Shown piece after piece: positions 1 to 8,666 of a DNA stretch of 64,000 nucleotides. A program made the translations under genes and the position numbers. The stretch's first letter is position 1; each line of letters opens with the position of its first letter. The notes under the pieces were generated by a model that saw only the letters and a list, made by a program, of their open reading frames with translations, was not told where the DNA came from and ran no database searches. Location: positions 155,393-219,392 of the forward strand of contig DAIRCR010000002.1 in the NCBI GenBank assembly GCA_036796575.1, written 5' to 3'. The DNA comes from Candidatus Nanopelagicales bacterium (GTDB taxonomy: Bacteria; Actinomycetota; Actinomycetes; S36-B12; UBA5976).

Positions 1-243
1 ATCATCCTGGCGGTGATTTTTCCTGGAACATTAACTTCAATTGCAAACACGGTTGGAATTGGTCGCGGCGCTGACTTAGTAATCTACCTCGTTGCAATTG
101 GGCTGCTGTTCTTTTCCGTCAGCACTTATTTAAAGTTTGGTGACATGGATCGTCGGATTACATTGCTCTCTCGTCATATCGCTCTTCTCGAGAGTAAGGG
201 CGACATCGGTCGCGTCGATCCTGACGAGTTACCAAAACCCTAA
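1..243 (+). CDS. DUF2304-family small membrane protein (5' partial)
   Basis: Frame open from base 1; ANTVGIGRGADLVIY...ITLLSRHIAL matches the DUF2304 pattern. Confidence 0.7.
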   Translation: MILAVIFPGTLTSIANTVGIGRGADLVIYLVAIGLLFFSVSTYLKFGDMDRRITLLSRHIALLESKGDIGRVDPDELPKP

Positions 244-276
244 AGGTCTTACGCCTCGTTGCCGTAAGATAAGCGC

Positions 277-1485
277 ATGACTTTTGATGTTGCGCGCGTT
301 CGTTCGGCTTTTCCTTCACTTGAATCTGGTGTGGCCCACTTCGATGGTCCAGGCGGAACCCAAACACCTCTATCCGTAGGCCAAGCAATTTGTAAGACCA
401 TGACTGGACCATTAGCCAACCAATACAGGATTACTGAGGCTGAGCGCAATGCCGAAGCAGCCGTTGATAACGCACGCAGTGCGATGGCTGACTTGTTAGG
501 GTCAACTCCGGAAGGCATTTTCTTTGGCCGCAGCATGACTCAAATAACTTTCGATATTGCTCGCACCTTGGCTCAGAATTGGGGTCCTGGCGATGAAATC
601 GTTGCATCCCGTTTAGATCACGATGCAAACGTTCGTCCTTGGGTTCGCTATGCACAACAATCCGGCGCAACCCTGCGCTGGATAGATTTTGATCCGACAA
701 CTGGCTACTTAGATGTTTCCGATGTTGAAGCCGTACTTACTGATCGCACCAAATTAGTTGCAATCACTGCTGCGTCGAATCTAATTGGCGCGCGTCCTGA
801 CATTCCAGCGATCGCTAAGGCTGTTCATGCAGTTGGTGGACTGCTTTACGTTGATGGCGTTCACAATACGCCGCACGCAGTTGTCGACTTCAAGGCTATG
901 GGAGCTGATTTCTACGGTTGCTCACCTTACAAATTCTTTGGACCTCATCTAGGTGTTATGACTGCCTCACCTGCACTTTTAGAAACTTTGCACCCAGATA
1001 AATTGTTACCTTCAACTGAACAGATTCCAGAAAGATTTGAACTTGGAACTTTGCCATACGAAATGTTGGCTGGTGTAACCGCAGCCGTTGATTTCATCGC
1101 AGACATGGTTCCAGGGTCTGGATCTCGCCGGGAGCGAATCGTGGTTTCGCAGTCTGCAGCCGACGATCATGAGCACGCGCTAAACCATCGTCTGCGTGAA
1201 GGTTTGCAAGCAATGCAGAACGTGACTCTCTATAGCAATGCTCGCTTAAAGACTCCAACGGAATTGTTTAGCTTGGCTGGAATCAATTCCGAACGCATCT
1301 ATGAATTCCTAGCGGAGCGAAAAGTAAACGCCCCATCTGGAAACTTTTACGCGATTGAGTGCTCACGCCATCTCGGTTTAGGTGATGATGGGGCAATTCG
1401 CGCGGGTCTGGCGCCTTACAACACAGTGGAAGAAATCGATCGCCTACTTGAAGGTTTGGCAGAAGCCAGCATTAAACTGAAGTAG
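277..1485 (+). CDS. Cysteine desulfurase-like class V PLP aminotransferase (Rv3778c/VC1184-type)
   Basis: FDGPGGTQ, SRLDHDANVRPW, VDGVH, SPYKFFGPH (PLP Lys), ELGTLPYE. Confidence 0.85.
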   Translation: MTFDVARVRSAFPSLESGVAHFDGPGGTQTPLSVGQAICKTMTGPLANQYRITEAERNAEAAVDNARSAMADLLGSTPEGIFFGRSMTQITFDIARTLAQNWGPGDEIVASRLDHDANVRPWVRYAQQSGATLRWIDFDPTTGYLDVSDVEAVLTDRTKLVAITAASNLIGARPDIPAIAKAVHAVGGLLYVDGVHNTPHAVVDFKAMGADFYGCSPYKFFGPHLGVMTASPALLETLHPDKLLPSTEQIPERFELGTLPYEMLAGVTAAVDFIADMVPGSGSRRERIVVSQSAADDHEHALNHRLREGLQAMQNVTLYSNARLKTPTELFSLAGINSERIYEFLAERKVNAPSGNFYAIECSRHLGLGDDGAIRAGLAPYNTVEEIDRLLEGLAEASIKLK

Positions 1486-1488
1486 TAA

Positions 1489-1953
1489 TTAAGCTACGGA
1501 AATTTGGTCGCCTTCAACGGTTAAAGCAATCTTTGCAAGCGGAGTAGCTGTCAGGCTCTTTGAAGTTGCTTCATCTGGCGCACCCGTTGCAAGGTCATAT
1601 TTGGCTCCATGACAGGCACACTTAAATGCATTTGCATCAGGGAAGGCGTCTACAACGCAACCTTGGTGGGTGCACTTTGAGCTGTAGGCAATAAAGGTTC
1701 CAGCAGCTGGTTGCAACAAGTAGGCAGGCATTCCTGAGTTTGGATCAGTGAAATTAAAGACACCACCAACTGGTACATCCGTTGTAGTCGCAATTACCTT
1801 GGTAGCTGGACCGCTTGATGGAGTTGAGCTTGCCAGCTCTTCTTCAGTTGGGCCAGATGCGCTAGTGGAATTTGAGCAGGCGGACAAGCCTGCAATTGCG
1901 ACTCCCGCAGCCCCAGCCGTGAGAACTTGTCTACGTGCGAATAGTTTTGCCAT
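1489..1953 (-). CDS. Rieske [2Fe-2S] protein, probable Tat-exported lipoprotein
   Basis: CTHQGC and CACHG Rieske motifs; N-terminal ARRQVL twin-Arg motif and LSAC lipobox. Confidence 0.85.
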   Translation of the reverse strand: MAKLFARRQVLTAGAAGVAIAGLSACSNSTSASGPTEEELASSTPSSGPATKVIATTTDVPVGGVFNFTDPNSGMPAYLLQPAAGTFIAYSSKCTHQGCVVDAFPDANAFKCACHGAKYDLATGAPDEATSKSLTATPLAKIALTVEGDQISVA

Positions 1954-2002
1954 ACCTAAATAGTGCCATTAAGTATGGAAGTTCGCCTGTCAGTCCCTCG
2001 GG

Positions 2003-2008
2003 TACAAT
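2003..2008 (+). promoter_or_regulatory. Possible -10 element (TACAAT) for ssrA
   Basis: TACAAT 58 nt upstream of the mature tmRNA 5' end; no convincing -35. Confidence 0.3.
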
Positions 2009-2065
2009 GGGAACATAACTAAATAGTGGTGGTTACCTATCCAGTAATCCCCTGATGAAAATCTT

Positions 2066-2431
2066 GGGGGTGAACGGTTTCGACTTTGGTAGTCGAAATG
2101 GGAGAAGCGAGCCGAGAATGTTGGTCATCTCGTAAACGTCCAGCAAAAACAATAAGTGCCAAATCAAACCGCACTGATTTCGCCCTAGCTGCATAAGCTA
2201 GCCTCGAAATCCGCGAGACCAGGGGCGTTCCCGCTCTGGATCCTCGTGTCATTTAGGGAACTTACCAACGGAACCGGTCGCGGGTTCTGACGGAAAATCT
2301 AACAGTGACTGTGCCTGTCGACATCTTGTTTGCGTGAACGTCGGGGCAGAGAAAAGCTAATGCAAACTGCGCTCGGAGAATAACCAAATCTTCACCTAAG
2401 GACCCGGGTTCGATTCCCGGCACCTCCACCA
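2066..2431 (+). ncRNA. ssrA: tmRNA
   Basis: 5' GGGGGTGAACGGTTTCGAC and 3' T-arm GACCCGGGTTCGATTCCCGG + CACCTCCACCA; 7-bp acceptor stem with G3-U wobble; internal tag ORF. Confidence 0.97.
2158..2196 (+). other. tmRNA proteolysis tag reading frame AKSNRTDFALAA*
   Basis: GCC AAA TCA AAC CGC ACT GAT TTC GCC CTA GCT GCA TAA, preceded by ATAAGT; ends in ALAA. Confidence 0.9.
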
Positions 2432-2432
2432 C

Positions 2433-2468
2433 AAAAAATGATCCGGCCGGTGCGCCGGATCTTTTTTT
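2433..2468. terminator. Intrinsic terminator after ssrA, probably bidirectional
   Basis: GATCCGGC(2440-47)/GCCGGATC(2454-61) stem, T7 downstream, A6 upstream. Confidence 0.85.
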
Positions 2469-2518
2469 GTTCGGGGGAAGTGCAACGGGAATCGGGAGGA
2501 GCAGCATCGCTGCGACGG

Positions 2519-2690
2519 CTCCCGGCACCGTGGCGAAAGTTACTGCACAGTTTTCGAAAAGGTATCGGTAGTGAAGCGAACGCAGTTCGCGAACACCTCC
2601 CGGCACCGTGGCGAAAGTTACTGCACAGTTTTCGAAAAGGTATCGGTAGTGAAGCGAACGCAGTTCGCGAACACCTCCCGGCACCGAGGC
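2519..2690. repeat. Tandem repeat, 78-bp unit x2.2
   Basis: CTCCCGGCACCG begins at 2519, 2597 and 2675; two identical 78-bp units with internal dyads. Confidence 0.95.
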
Positions 2691-3442
2691 TAGACCTTTC
2701 GCACAACCTTGTGCTGCGCCGCTTGCGCTAACGGACGAATCACCATCAAGTCAATGTTGAAGTGATGGGGCAACATAACGCTCCACCGCACAGCCTCTGC
2801 AACATCTTCCGCAGTCAATGGCTCAGCAACGCCTTCATAAATCTTGGCAGCCCGATCCTTGTCTCCCCCGAATCGCTTAATCGCAAACTCATCTGTTTTA
2901 ACCATGCCTGGAGCTAACTCAACAACGCGCACTGGCTCACCAGCAAGCTCTAATCGCAAAGTTTCAGCCAGCGCAGCAACAGCATGTTTGGCTGCGGTGT
3001 AACTACCACCATTTTCATAAACGATGCGGCCAGCGGTTGATCCCATCAAAACAATGGTTCCTTCGCCCGACTTAATCAAGGCTGGAATCATCGCCTTAAT
3101 AGAACGTAATGCGCCAATCACATTCACGTCATAAGCCTTGATCCAGCTTTCAACATCAGCGTCTGCAACCGTAGTGCCATCAAAAGCTCCACCAGCATTT
3201 GCAACCAATACGTTTACGGTTTTGTCGGCAAGGTGTGCGGCCAAGGCATCAACACTTACTTGATCAGTAACGTCGAGTTCCCAAGCGGTAATCAAGTCAT
3301 TCTCTGTTGCCAAATCAGCCAGCATGTCAACTCGCCTAGCGGCGGCAATCACCTGAAAACCTTCTTTGGCCAATGCCCTGGCACTTGCTGCGCCAATTCC
3401 GCTGCTGGCTCCGGTTACTACTGCATATCCACGATCACTCAT
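2690..3442 (-). CDS. SDR oxidoreductase, YdfG-like 3-hydroxy acid dehydrogenase
   Basis: TGASSGIG, ANAG, YTAAK; start moved to the ATG of MSDRGY. Confidence 0.8.
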   Translation of the reverse strand: MSDRGYAVVTGASSGIGAASARALAKEGFQVIAAARRVDMLADLATENDLITAWELDVTDQVSVDALAAHLADKTVNVLVANAGGAFDGTTVADADVESWIKAYDVNVIGALRSIKAMIPALIKSGEGTIVLMGSTAGRIVYENGGSYTAAKHAVAALAETLRLELAGEPVRVVELAPGMVKTDEFAIKRFGGDKDRAAKIYEGVAEPLTAEDVAEAVRWSVMLPHHFNIDLMVIRPLAQAAQHKVVRKV

Positions 3443-3526
3443 AGTCGAATTCTCTCGTATCAAGTCCGATACGTCACGCACTCCTGCCCAATAAACTGAC
3501 AAAACCAACTGATGCAAGGAGTGGCC

Positions 3527-4465
3527 ATGGCCCGCAAGAGTATTGGAACCATGATGGGTTCCCAGATAACTTCCACCTTTATCGGAATCCCGGAAGGAAC
3601 GCTAAATGACGTATCTGGTGGATCCGTAGTCTTTGGAGCTCCATGTGCCACGCCATACCCTTCAGTTGGCGCTTACTGCAAGGACGCTCCAGCAGCCATC
3701 CGTGACGCGATCAGCAGTTACCAAGCCAACATTCATCACATGGATTTTGATTTGGGCGGACCTATATTTCCTAACGGAGTAAACGCAATTGACCTAGGCG
3801 ACTTGGATTTCGATGAATCCGATGCAGCTGGAAACCGGGAACGTATTCGCTCGACAGTTTCACAAATCGTGGCTAAGGGTGGTGTACCCGTTGTTATCGG
3901 CGGTGACGATTCAATTCCAATTCCGATGATCGAAGGCTTTGCCGAACACGGTGATTACTTTGTCGTCCAAATTGATGCCCACATCGATTACCGTGACGAA
4001 GTTGGCGGCGAGAAGCTTGGCCTTTCATCCACGATGCGTCGTGCTTTTGAAATGGATCACGTTACTGGACTGGTTCAAGTTGGACAGCGCGGTATTGGAT
4101 CGGCCAGACCTCAAGACTTTGAGGATGCTAAGTCCCACGGTGTTAAGTTCGTGTCTGCACGTGAAATAGCTTCCAGTGGCATTCAACAAGTCATTGAATT
4201 GATTCCAGTTGGTGCAAAAGTAATTGTTGATTTGGACTGTGATGCCTTAGATCCTTCGATTGTTCCTGGTGTAATAGGTCGCTCCCCTGGTGGTCTGACT
4301 TACTGGAATGTCGTTGAGCTGTTGCATGGCATTGCCGGCAAGGCAAAATTATCTGGCTTCAACTTGGTTGAGTTCATGCCCGATAGCGACGTGGATGATA
4401 TTGGCGCTCTTAACAATGCGCGAATCATCTGCAACGTCCTTGGACTAGTTGCGCGACAGAGTTAG
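3527..4465 (+). CDS. Ureohydrolase (arginase/agmatinase family)
   Basis: GGDDS, DAHID, DCDALDP, GGLT motifs; AAGGAG RBS before ATG 3527. Confidence 0.85.
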   Translation: MARKSIGTMMGSQITSTFIGIPEGTLNDVSGGSVVFGAPCATPYPSVGAYCKDAPAAIRDAISSYQANIHHMDFDLGGPIFPNGVNAIDLGDLDFDESDAAGNRERIRSTVSQIVAKGGVPVVIGGDDSIPIPMIEGFAEHGDYFVVQIDAHIDYRDEVGGEKLGLSSTMRRAFEMDHVTGLVQVGQRGIGSARPQDFEDAKSHGVKFVSAREIASSGIQQVIELIPVGAKVIVDLDCDALDPSIVPGVIGRSPGGLTYWNVVELLHGIAGKAKLSGFNLVEFMPDSDVDDIGALNNARIICNVLGLVARQS

Positions 4466-4480
4466 GCTTAAACTTAAATC

Positions 4481-5188
4481 ATGAATCAGCCAGTAATCGG
4501 ACTTACTTCATACCTTGAACCCGCAAAATGGGGTGCTTGGGATCAACCTGCCGCGCTAATTCCGTGGAATTACGTGAACAAGTTACAGGCGGCCGGTGCT
4601 TCTGTTGTACTTCTGCCGCCAGATGCCGATAACCACGACGCTATTGCTCGCTTAGACGGGCTAGTTATGGCAGGTGGCGCCGACATCGAGCCAGCTCGTT
4701 ACGGGGCAGATCATCAAGAAGGTACTGACAAGCCACGCGTTGAAAGAGATGCCAGCGAACTTGGGTTGTATCGAGCGGCCCGTGAAGCCAATCTTCCAGT
4801 GTTAGGAATTTGTCGAGGCTTGCAGATCATGGCGGTTGCTCACGGCGGCTCGCTTCACCAACACTTGCCTGACTTAGTGGGAAACACAATGCACCGTAGT
4901 GCGCCAGGAACCTTTAACAACCACGGGGCCACATTTACCCCTGGCAGCTTGATTGCTGATCTAGTCGGCTCAACTGAAGTGACAGTTAATTCAAGTCATC
5001 ACCAAGCAGTTAACTCCCCTGGTGATTTAACTGTCACTGGTTACGCCGAAGACGGAACGGTCGAGGTCTGTGAAGATCCTTCTGCTGAATTTGTTCTTGG
5101 TGTGCAGTGGCATCCGGAAGCCAGCAGCGATGAACGAATCTCTGAGAATTTGCTTACAGCCTTTGTTAAGGCCTGCGCTAATCGTTAG
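4481..5188 (+). CDS. Gamma-glutamyl amide hydrolase (peptidase C26, PuuD-like)
   Basis: GICRG nucleophile, SSHHQ, QWHPE. Confidence 0.88.
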   Translation: MNQPVIGLTSYLEPAKWGAWDQPAALIPWNYVNKLQAAGASVVLLPPDADNHDAIARLDGLVMAGGADIEPARYGADHQEGTDKPRVERDASELGLYRAAREANLPVLGICRGLQIMAVAHGGSLHQHLPDLVGNTMHRSAPGTFNNHGATFTPGSLIADLVGSTEVTVNSSHHQAVNSPGDLTVTGYAEDGTVEVCEDPSAEFVLGVQWHPEASSDERISENLLTAFVKACANR

Positions 5189-6222
5189 TTAGCAAGTTCG
5201 CTTTTCACTGCTGCAACGAAATTATTTACGTCAGCTTGCGTTGTGTCCCAGGAACACATCCAACGAACTTGATTGATCATGTGATCCCACACGTAAAACT
5301 TTGCAACGCTTTGTAATGGCTCAATACTCGCCGCTGGCAAGATTGGGAACAGTGCATTTGCTTGCGGTGATTGAACCGTCACGCCCGCAATGTCCTTGAT
5401 TCCCTTATGCAGTTCTTGAGCCATGGCATTTGAATGCTGGGCATTCTTTAACCACAAGTCACCTTCAAACATTGCAACCAGCTGAATTGAGATGAAGCGC
5501 ATCTTGCTGGCTAATTGCATCGCAGATTTGCGGACGTACTTCATTGCTGGAATCAATTCCGGGTTTAGGATCACAGCCGCCTCGGCACCCATGGCACCAT
5601 TCTTGGTGCCACCAAGTGAGACTGCATCTACGCCTACATCGGTTGTGAACGCACGCATCGAAGTTCCCAATGAAGCCGCAGCATTAGAAATTCGGGCGCC
5701 GTCAAGATGAATGTACATTCCAAGTGAATGAGCATGATCTGCCAAAGCCTTGACCTCGGCAACTGAGTAAACAGTTCCATACTCAGTTGAATTCGTTATC
5801 GAAACAACCTTTGGCTGGGCGCGGTGTTCGTTTCCAAATCCCCAAGCTTGCTTGTCCACTAACTCAGGAGTCAGTTTGCCGTCCGGAGTTTCAACCTGCA
5901 AAAGCTTTAGGCCAGCAACTTTTTCCGGAGCTCCACCTTCGTCAACATTGATGTGAGCGCTCGTTGCGCAAACTACTGCTTCCCAAGGTTTGCACATTGC
6001 CTGCAAAGTTATGACATTTGCTCCAGTGCCATTGAAGACTGGAAAGGCTTCAGCACTATCGCCGAACTGCTTCTTTAATACTGCAGAAAGTTGCTCGGTA
6101 TAGATGTCGTCACCATATGCAACTTGATGACCTGCATTTGCATCAGACATCGCTTTAAGGATTTCAGGGTGAATTCCGGCATAGTTGTCACTTGCAAAAC
6201 CGCGCCAGATACCGTCACTCAT
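5185..6222 (-). CDS. ltaE: Low-specificity L-threonine aldolase
   Basis: FASDNYAG, NGTGAN, HLDGAR, GGTKNG, QLASKMRF. Confidence 0.85.
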   Translation of the reverse strand: MSDGIWRGFASDNYAGIHPEILKAMSDANAGHQVAYGDDIYTEQLSAVLKKQFGDSAEAFPVFNGTGANVITLQAMCKPWEAVVCATSAHINVDEGGAPEKVAGLKLLQVETPDGKLTPELVDKQAWGFGNEHRAQPKVVSITNSTEYGTVYSVAEVKALADHAHSLGMYIHLDGARISNAAASLGTSMRAFTTDVGVDAVSLGGTKNGAMGAEAAVILNPELIPAMKYVRKSAMQLASKMRFISIQLVAMFEGDLWLKNAQHSNAMAQELHKGIKDIAGVTVQSPQANALFPILPAASIEPLQSVAKFYVWDHMINQVRWMCSWDTTQADVNNFVAAVKSELAN

Positions 6223-6260
6223 ATAAATCCTTAACTTGAACTGTCTCTAAGTCTAATGAT

Positions 6261-7025
6261 TTATAGCGGTGTTACGTAAGCGCCGCTAATGCCACCATCA
6301 ACTAAGAAGTTTGATGCTGTCATAAACGAAGAATCATCGCTAACTAGGAATGCAACTGCAGCTGCCATTTCCTCTGGTTCACCAAAGCGGCCCATTGGAA
6401 TGTGAACAAGTCGGCGAGCTGCACGTTCTACGTCCTTGGCAAACAGTTCCTGCAATAGTGGAGTGTTAACAGGGCCAGGCGATAACGCATTAACCCGAAT
6501 ACCCTCGCGCGCAAACTGCACACCAAGTTCGCGGGTCATAGCAAGAACGCCACCCTTGGAAGCTGTGTATGAAATCTGTGAAGTTGCTGCAGCCATAGTT
6601 GCTACGAACGAAGCAGTGTTCACGATTGCGCCCTTACCCTGACGTTGCATGTAAGGAATAACCTCTTTGCAGCACAGGTAAACCGAAGTTAGGTTCACTT
6701 CTTGAACTCGACGCCAAGCATCAATTCCGGTAGTCAAAATTGAATCGTCATCCGGTGGTGAAATACCTGCGTTGTTGAAAGCAATGTCTACTGAGCCGTA
6801 AGTGTCGAATGCAACTTTGTACATGTTCGCAACATCATCTGCATTTGTGACATCGGCCTTCACGAAGATGCCACCAACTTGGGCGGCTACCTTTTCGCCT
6901 GAAACTGGATCAAGGTCAGCGATAACGACCTTGGCGCCTTCTTCGGCTAGTCGAATTGCTGTTGCTTTACCAATGCCACTTGAGCCGCCAGTGATTACTG
7001 CTACACGGTCCTGTAAACGCTTCAC
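6261..7025 (-). CDS. SDR dehydrogenase of the family linked to GlnA4 clusters
   Basis: TGGSSGIG, NNAG, YTASK, C-terminal VDGGISGAYVTPL. Confidence 0.85.
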   Translation of the reverse strand: MKRLQDRVAVITGGSSGIGKATAIRLAEEGAKVVIADLDPVSGEKVAAQVGGIFVKADVTNADDVANMYKVAFDTYGSVDIAFNNAGISPPDDDSILTTGIDAWRRVQEVNLTSVYLCCKEVIPYMQRQGKGAIVNTASFVATMAAATSQISYTASKGGVLAMTRELGVQFAREGIRVNALSPGPVNTPLLQELFAKDVERAARRLVHIPMGRFGEPEEMAAAVAFLVSDDSSFMTASNFLVDGGISGAYVTPL

Positions 7026-7073
7026 TTTCTTCCTGCTTTCGGTTGCTGCCTGGCTTTATCAGGCAATTTGATT

Positions 7074-8441
7074 TTAGTCTTCAGTGCTAATGAATACGTT
7101 CTTAGTTTCGGTAAATGACTCTAGAGCGTGAGGTCCAAGCTCTCTGCCAATACCTGACTTCTTGAATCCACCAAACGGTGTCCAATAACGAACTGCAGAA
7201 TGTGAGTTGATAGAGATGGCACCAGATTCAACGCCGCGAGCCATTCTCAGTGCTCGGCCAACATCACTTGTCCAAATTGAGGCAGCTAAACCATATTCGG
7301 TGCTATTAGCCATTCGAATTGCATCCGCCTCATCATCGAACGGGATTACAACTGCAACTGGGCCAAAAATCTCCTGAGTGTACTGAATGTCTGATTCAGC
7401 AATCGGGGCAAGGATTGTTGGTGGGAACCAAAAACCCTTTCCAGTTGGAGCATCTCCTTGAAACAGAATCGGAGCACCCTCTGGCACGAATGACTTAACA
7501 CGATCTCGTTGTAGCGCACTAATCAGCGGGCCCATGTCTACTGACTCATCTGCTGGATCGCCTGTGTACATACCCTTAACAACTGGTTCCATGTATGCAA
7601 GCACTTCGTCATACACGCTTCGCTGCACCAAAATTCTGGAGCGGGCACAGCAGTCCTGACCGGAGTTATCAAACACAGCTCCTGGAGCAGACTTTGCAGC
7701 TTTCTCGATATCAGCGTCTGCGAAAATAATGGTTGGGCTCTTACCGCCTAGTTCAAGAGTCACTCGCTTTAAGTTCGTAGCACTTGCTTGCATGATGCTG
7801 GTACCTACAGCCGTTGAACCTGTGAAACAAATCTTGTGGATTGCTGGATGATCAACGATTCGCTGACCAGCAACTTTTCCATAACCAGGTACGACATTGA
7901 AAACGTTTTCTGGAATTCCAGCTTCAAGCGCTAACTCTGCCAAGCGCAATGCGGTCAGTGGCGTAGTTTCGGCTGGCTTCAGAACAACTGTGTTGCCAGC
8001 TGCTAAGGCAGGGGCAAATCCCCATGCCGCAGTTGGCATTGGGAAATTCCAAGGAACGATAATTCCAACGACGCCGATAGCTTCGTGAAAAGTAATGTCA
8101 ACGCCGCCCGCAACTGGTATCTGATGCCCAAGAAGGCGTTCCACACCGCCTGCCATGTAATTCAATACATTCGCGACATTTTGAGCTTCCCAGCGTGAGT
8201 TGCCGATTGTGTGCCCTGCTTCAAGCACTTCAAGTCGGGCTAACTCTTCATTGTTCTCCAAAACCAGCTGTGCAAACTTTCGTAACACATCTGCTCGAGA
8301 ACCCGGAGCAAGATCTCGCCAAGCTGGCCACGCGATCTGTGCTTTCGATACGACTGCGTCAATTTCATCAGCCGATGCCATGTGAACTTTTCTAATAATG
8401 TCCTCTGTTGCAGGATTTAAAACATCAAATGTATCGCTCAT
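7074..8441 (-). CDS. Aldehyde dehydrogenase
   Basis: PWNFP, KPAE, FTGS, LELGGK, GQDCCA, EIFGP, FGGFKKSG. Confidence 0.92.
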   Translation of the reverse strand: MSDTFDVLNPATEDIIRKVHMASADEIDAVVSKAQIAWPAWRDLAPGSRADVLRKFAQLVLENNEELARLEVLEAGHTIGNSRWEAQNVANVLNYMAGGVERLLGHQIPVAGGVDITFHEAIGVVGIIVPWNFPMPTAAWGFAPALAAGNTVVLKPAETTPLTALRLAELALEAGIPENVFNVVPGYGKVAGQRIVDHPAIHKICFTGSTAVGTSIMQASATNLKRVTLELGGKSPTIIFADADIEKAAKSAPGAVFDNSGQDCCARSRILVQRSVYDEVLAYMEPVVKGMYTGDPADESVDMGPLISALQRDRVKSFVPEGAPILFQGDAPTGKGFWFPPTILAPIAESDIQYTQEIFGPVAVVIPFDDEADAIRMANSTEYGLAASIWTSDVGRALRMARGVESGAISINSHSAVRYWTPFGGFKKSGIGRELGPHALESFTETKNVFISTED

Positions 8442-8666
8442 GGTTCCTCAAAAATAAGTGATTAGGGTCTATGAAATGAGCGTAGTGGACATAGAAATAG
8501 CAATCAGACCTAGATGTTAAAAAATTTGGACATTGTCACCAGCGACCGCCTGAGCGAGGGTAAACAATTGACCAAATCGCAAGATTCAGGGGCGGTTTAC
8601 GAGTAAGTTCGTAGGCATAACTAGCCTGACAAATCGGCGATATTTGTCTTATAAAGGAGCCCAGAA

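Noticed and set aside
2262-2731. ORFs 2262-2684(-), 2392-2706(-) and 2438-2731(+) with 26-aa repeats
   Set aside because: They stay open because 78 bp is a multiple of 3; they overlap tmRNA or its terminator and resemble no protein I recognise
3443-3526. Guanidine riboswitch upstream of the ureohydrolase
   Set aside because: Only a 6-bp dyad (CGTATC/GATACG) is present; no paired ACGR tetraloops or other guanidine-riboswitch motifs are visible
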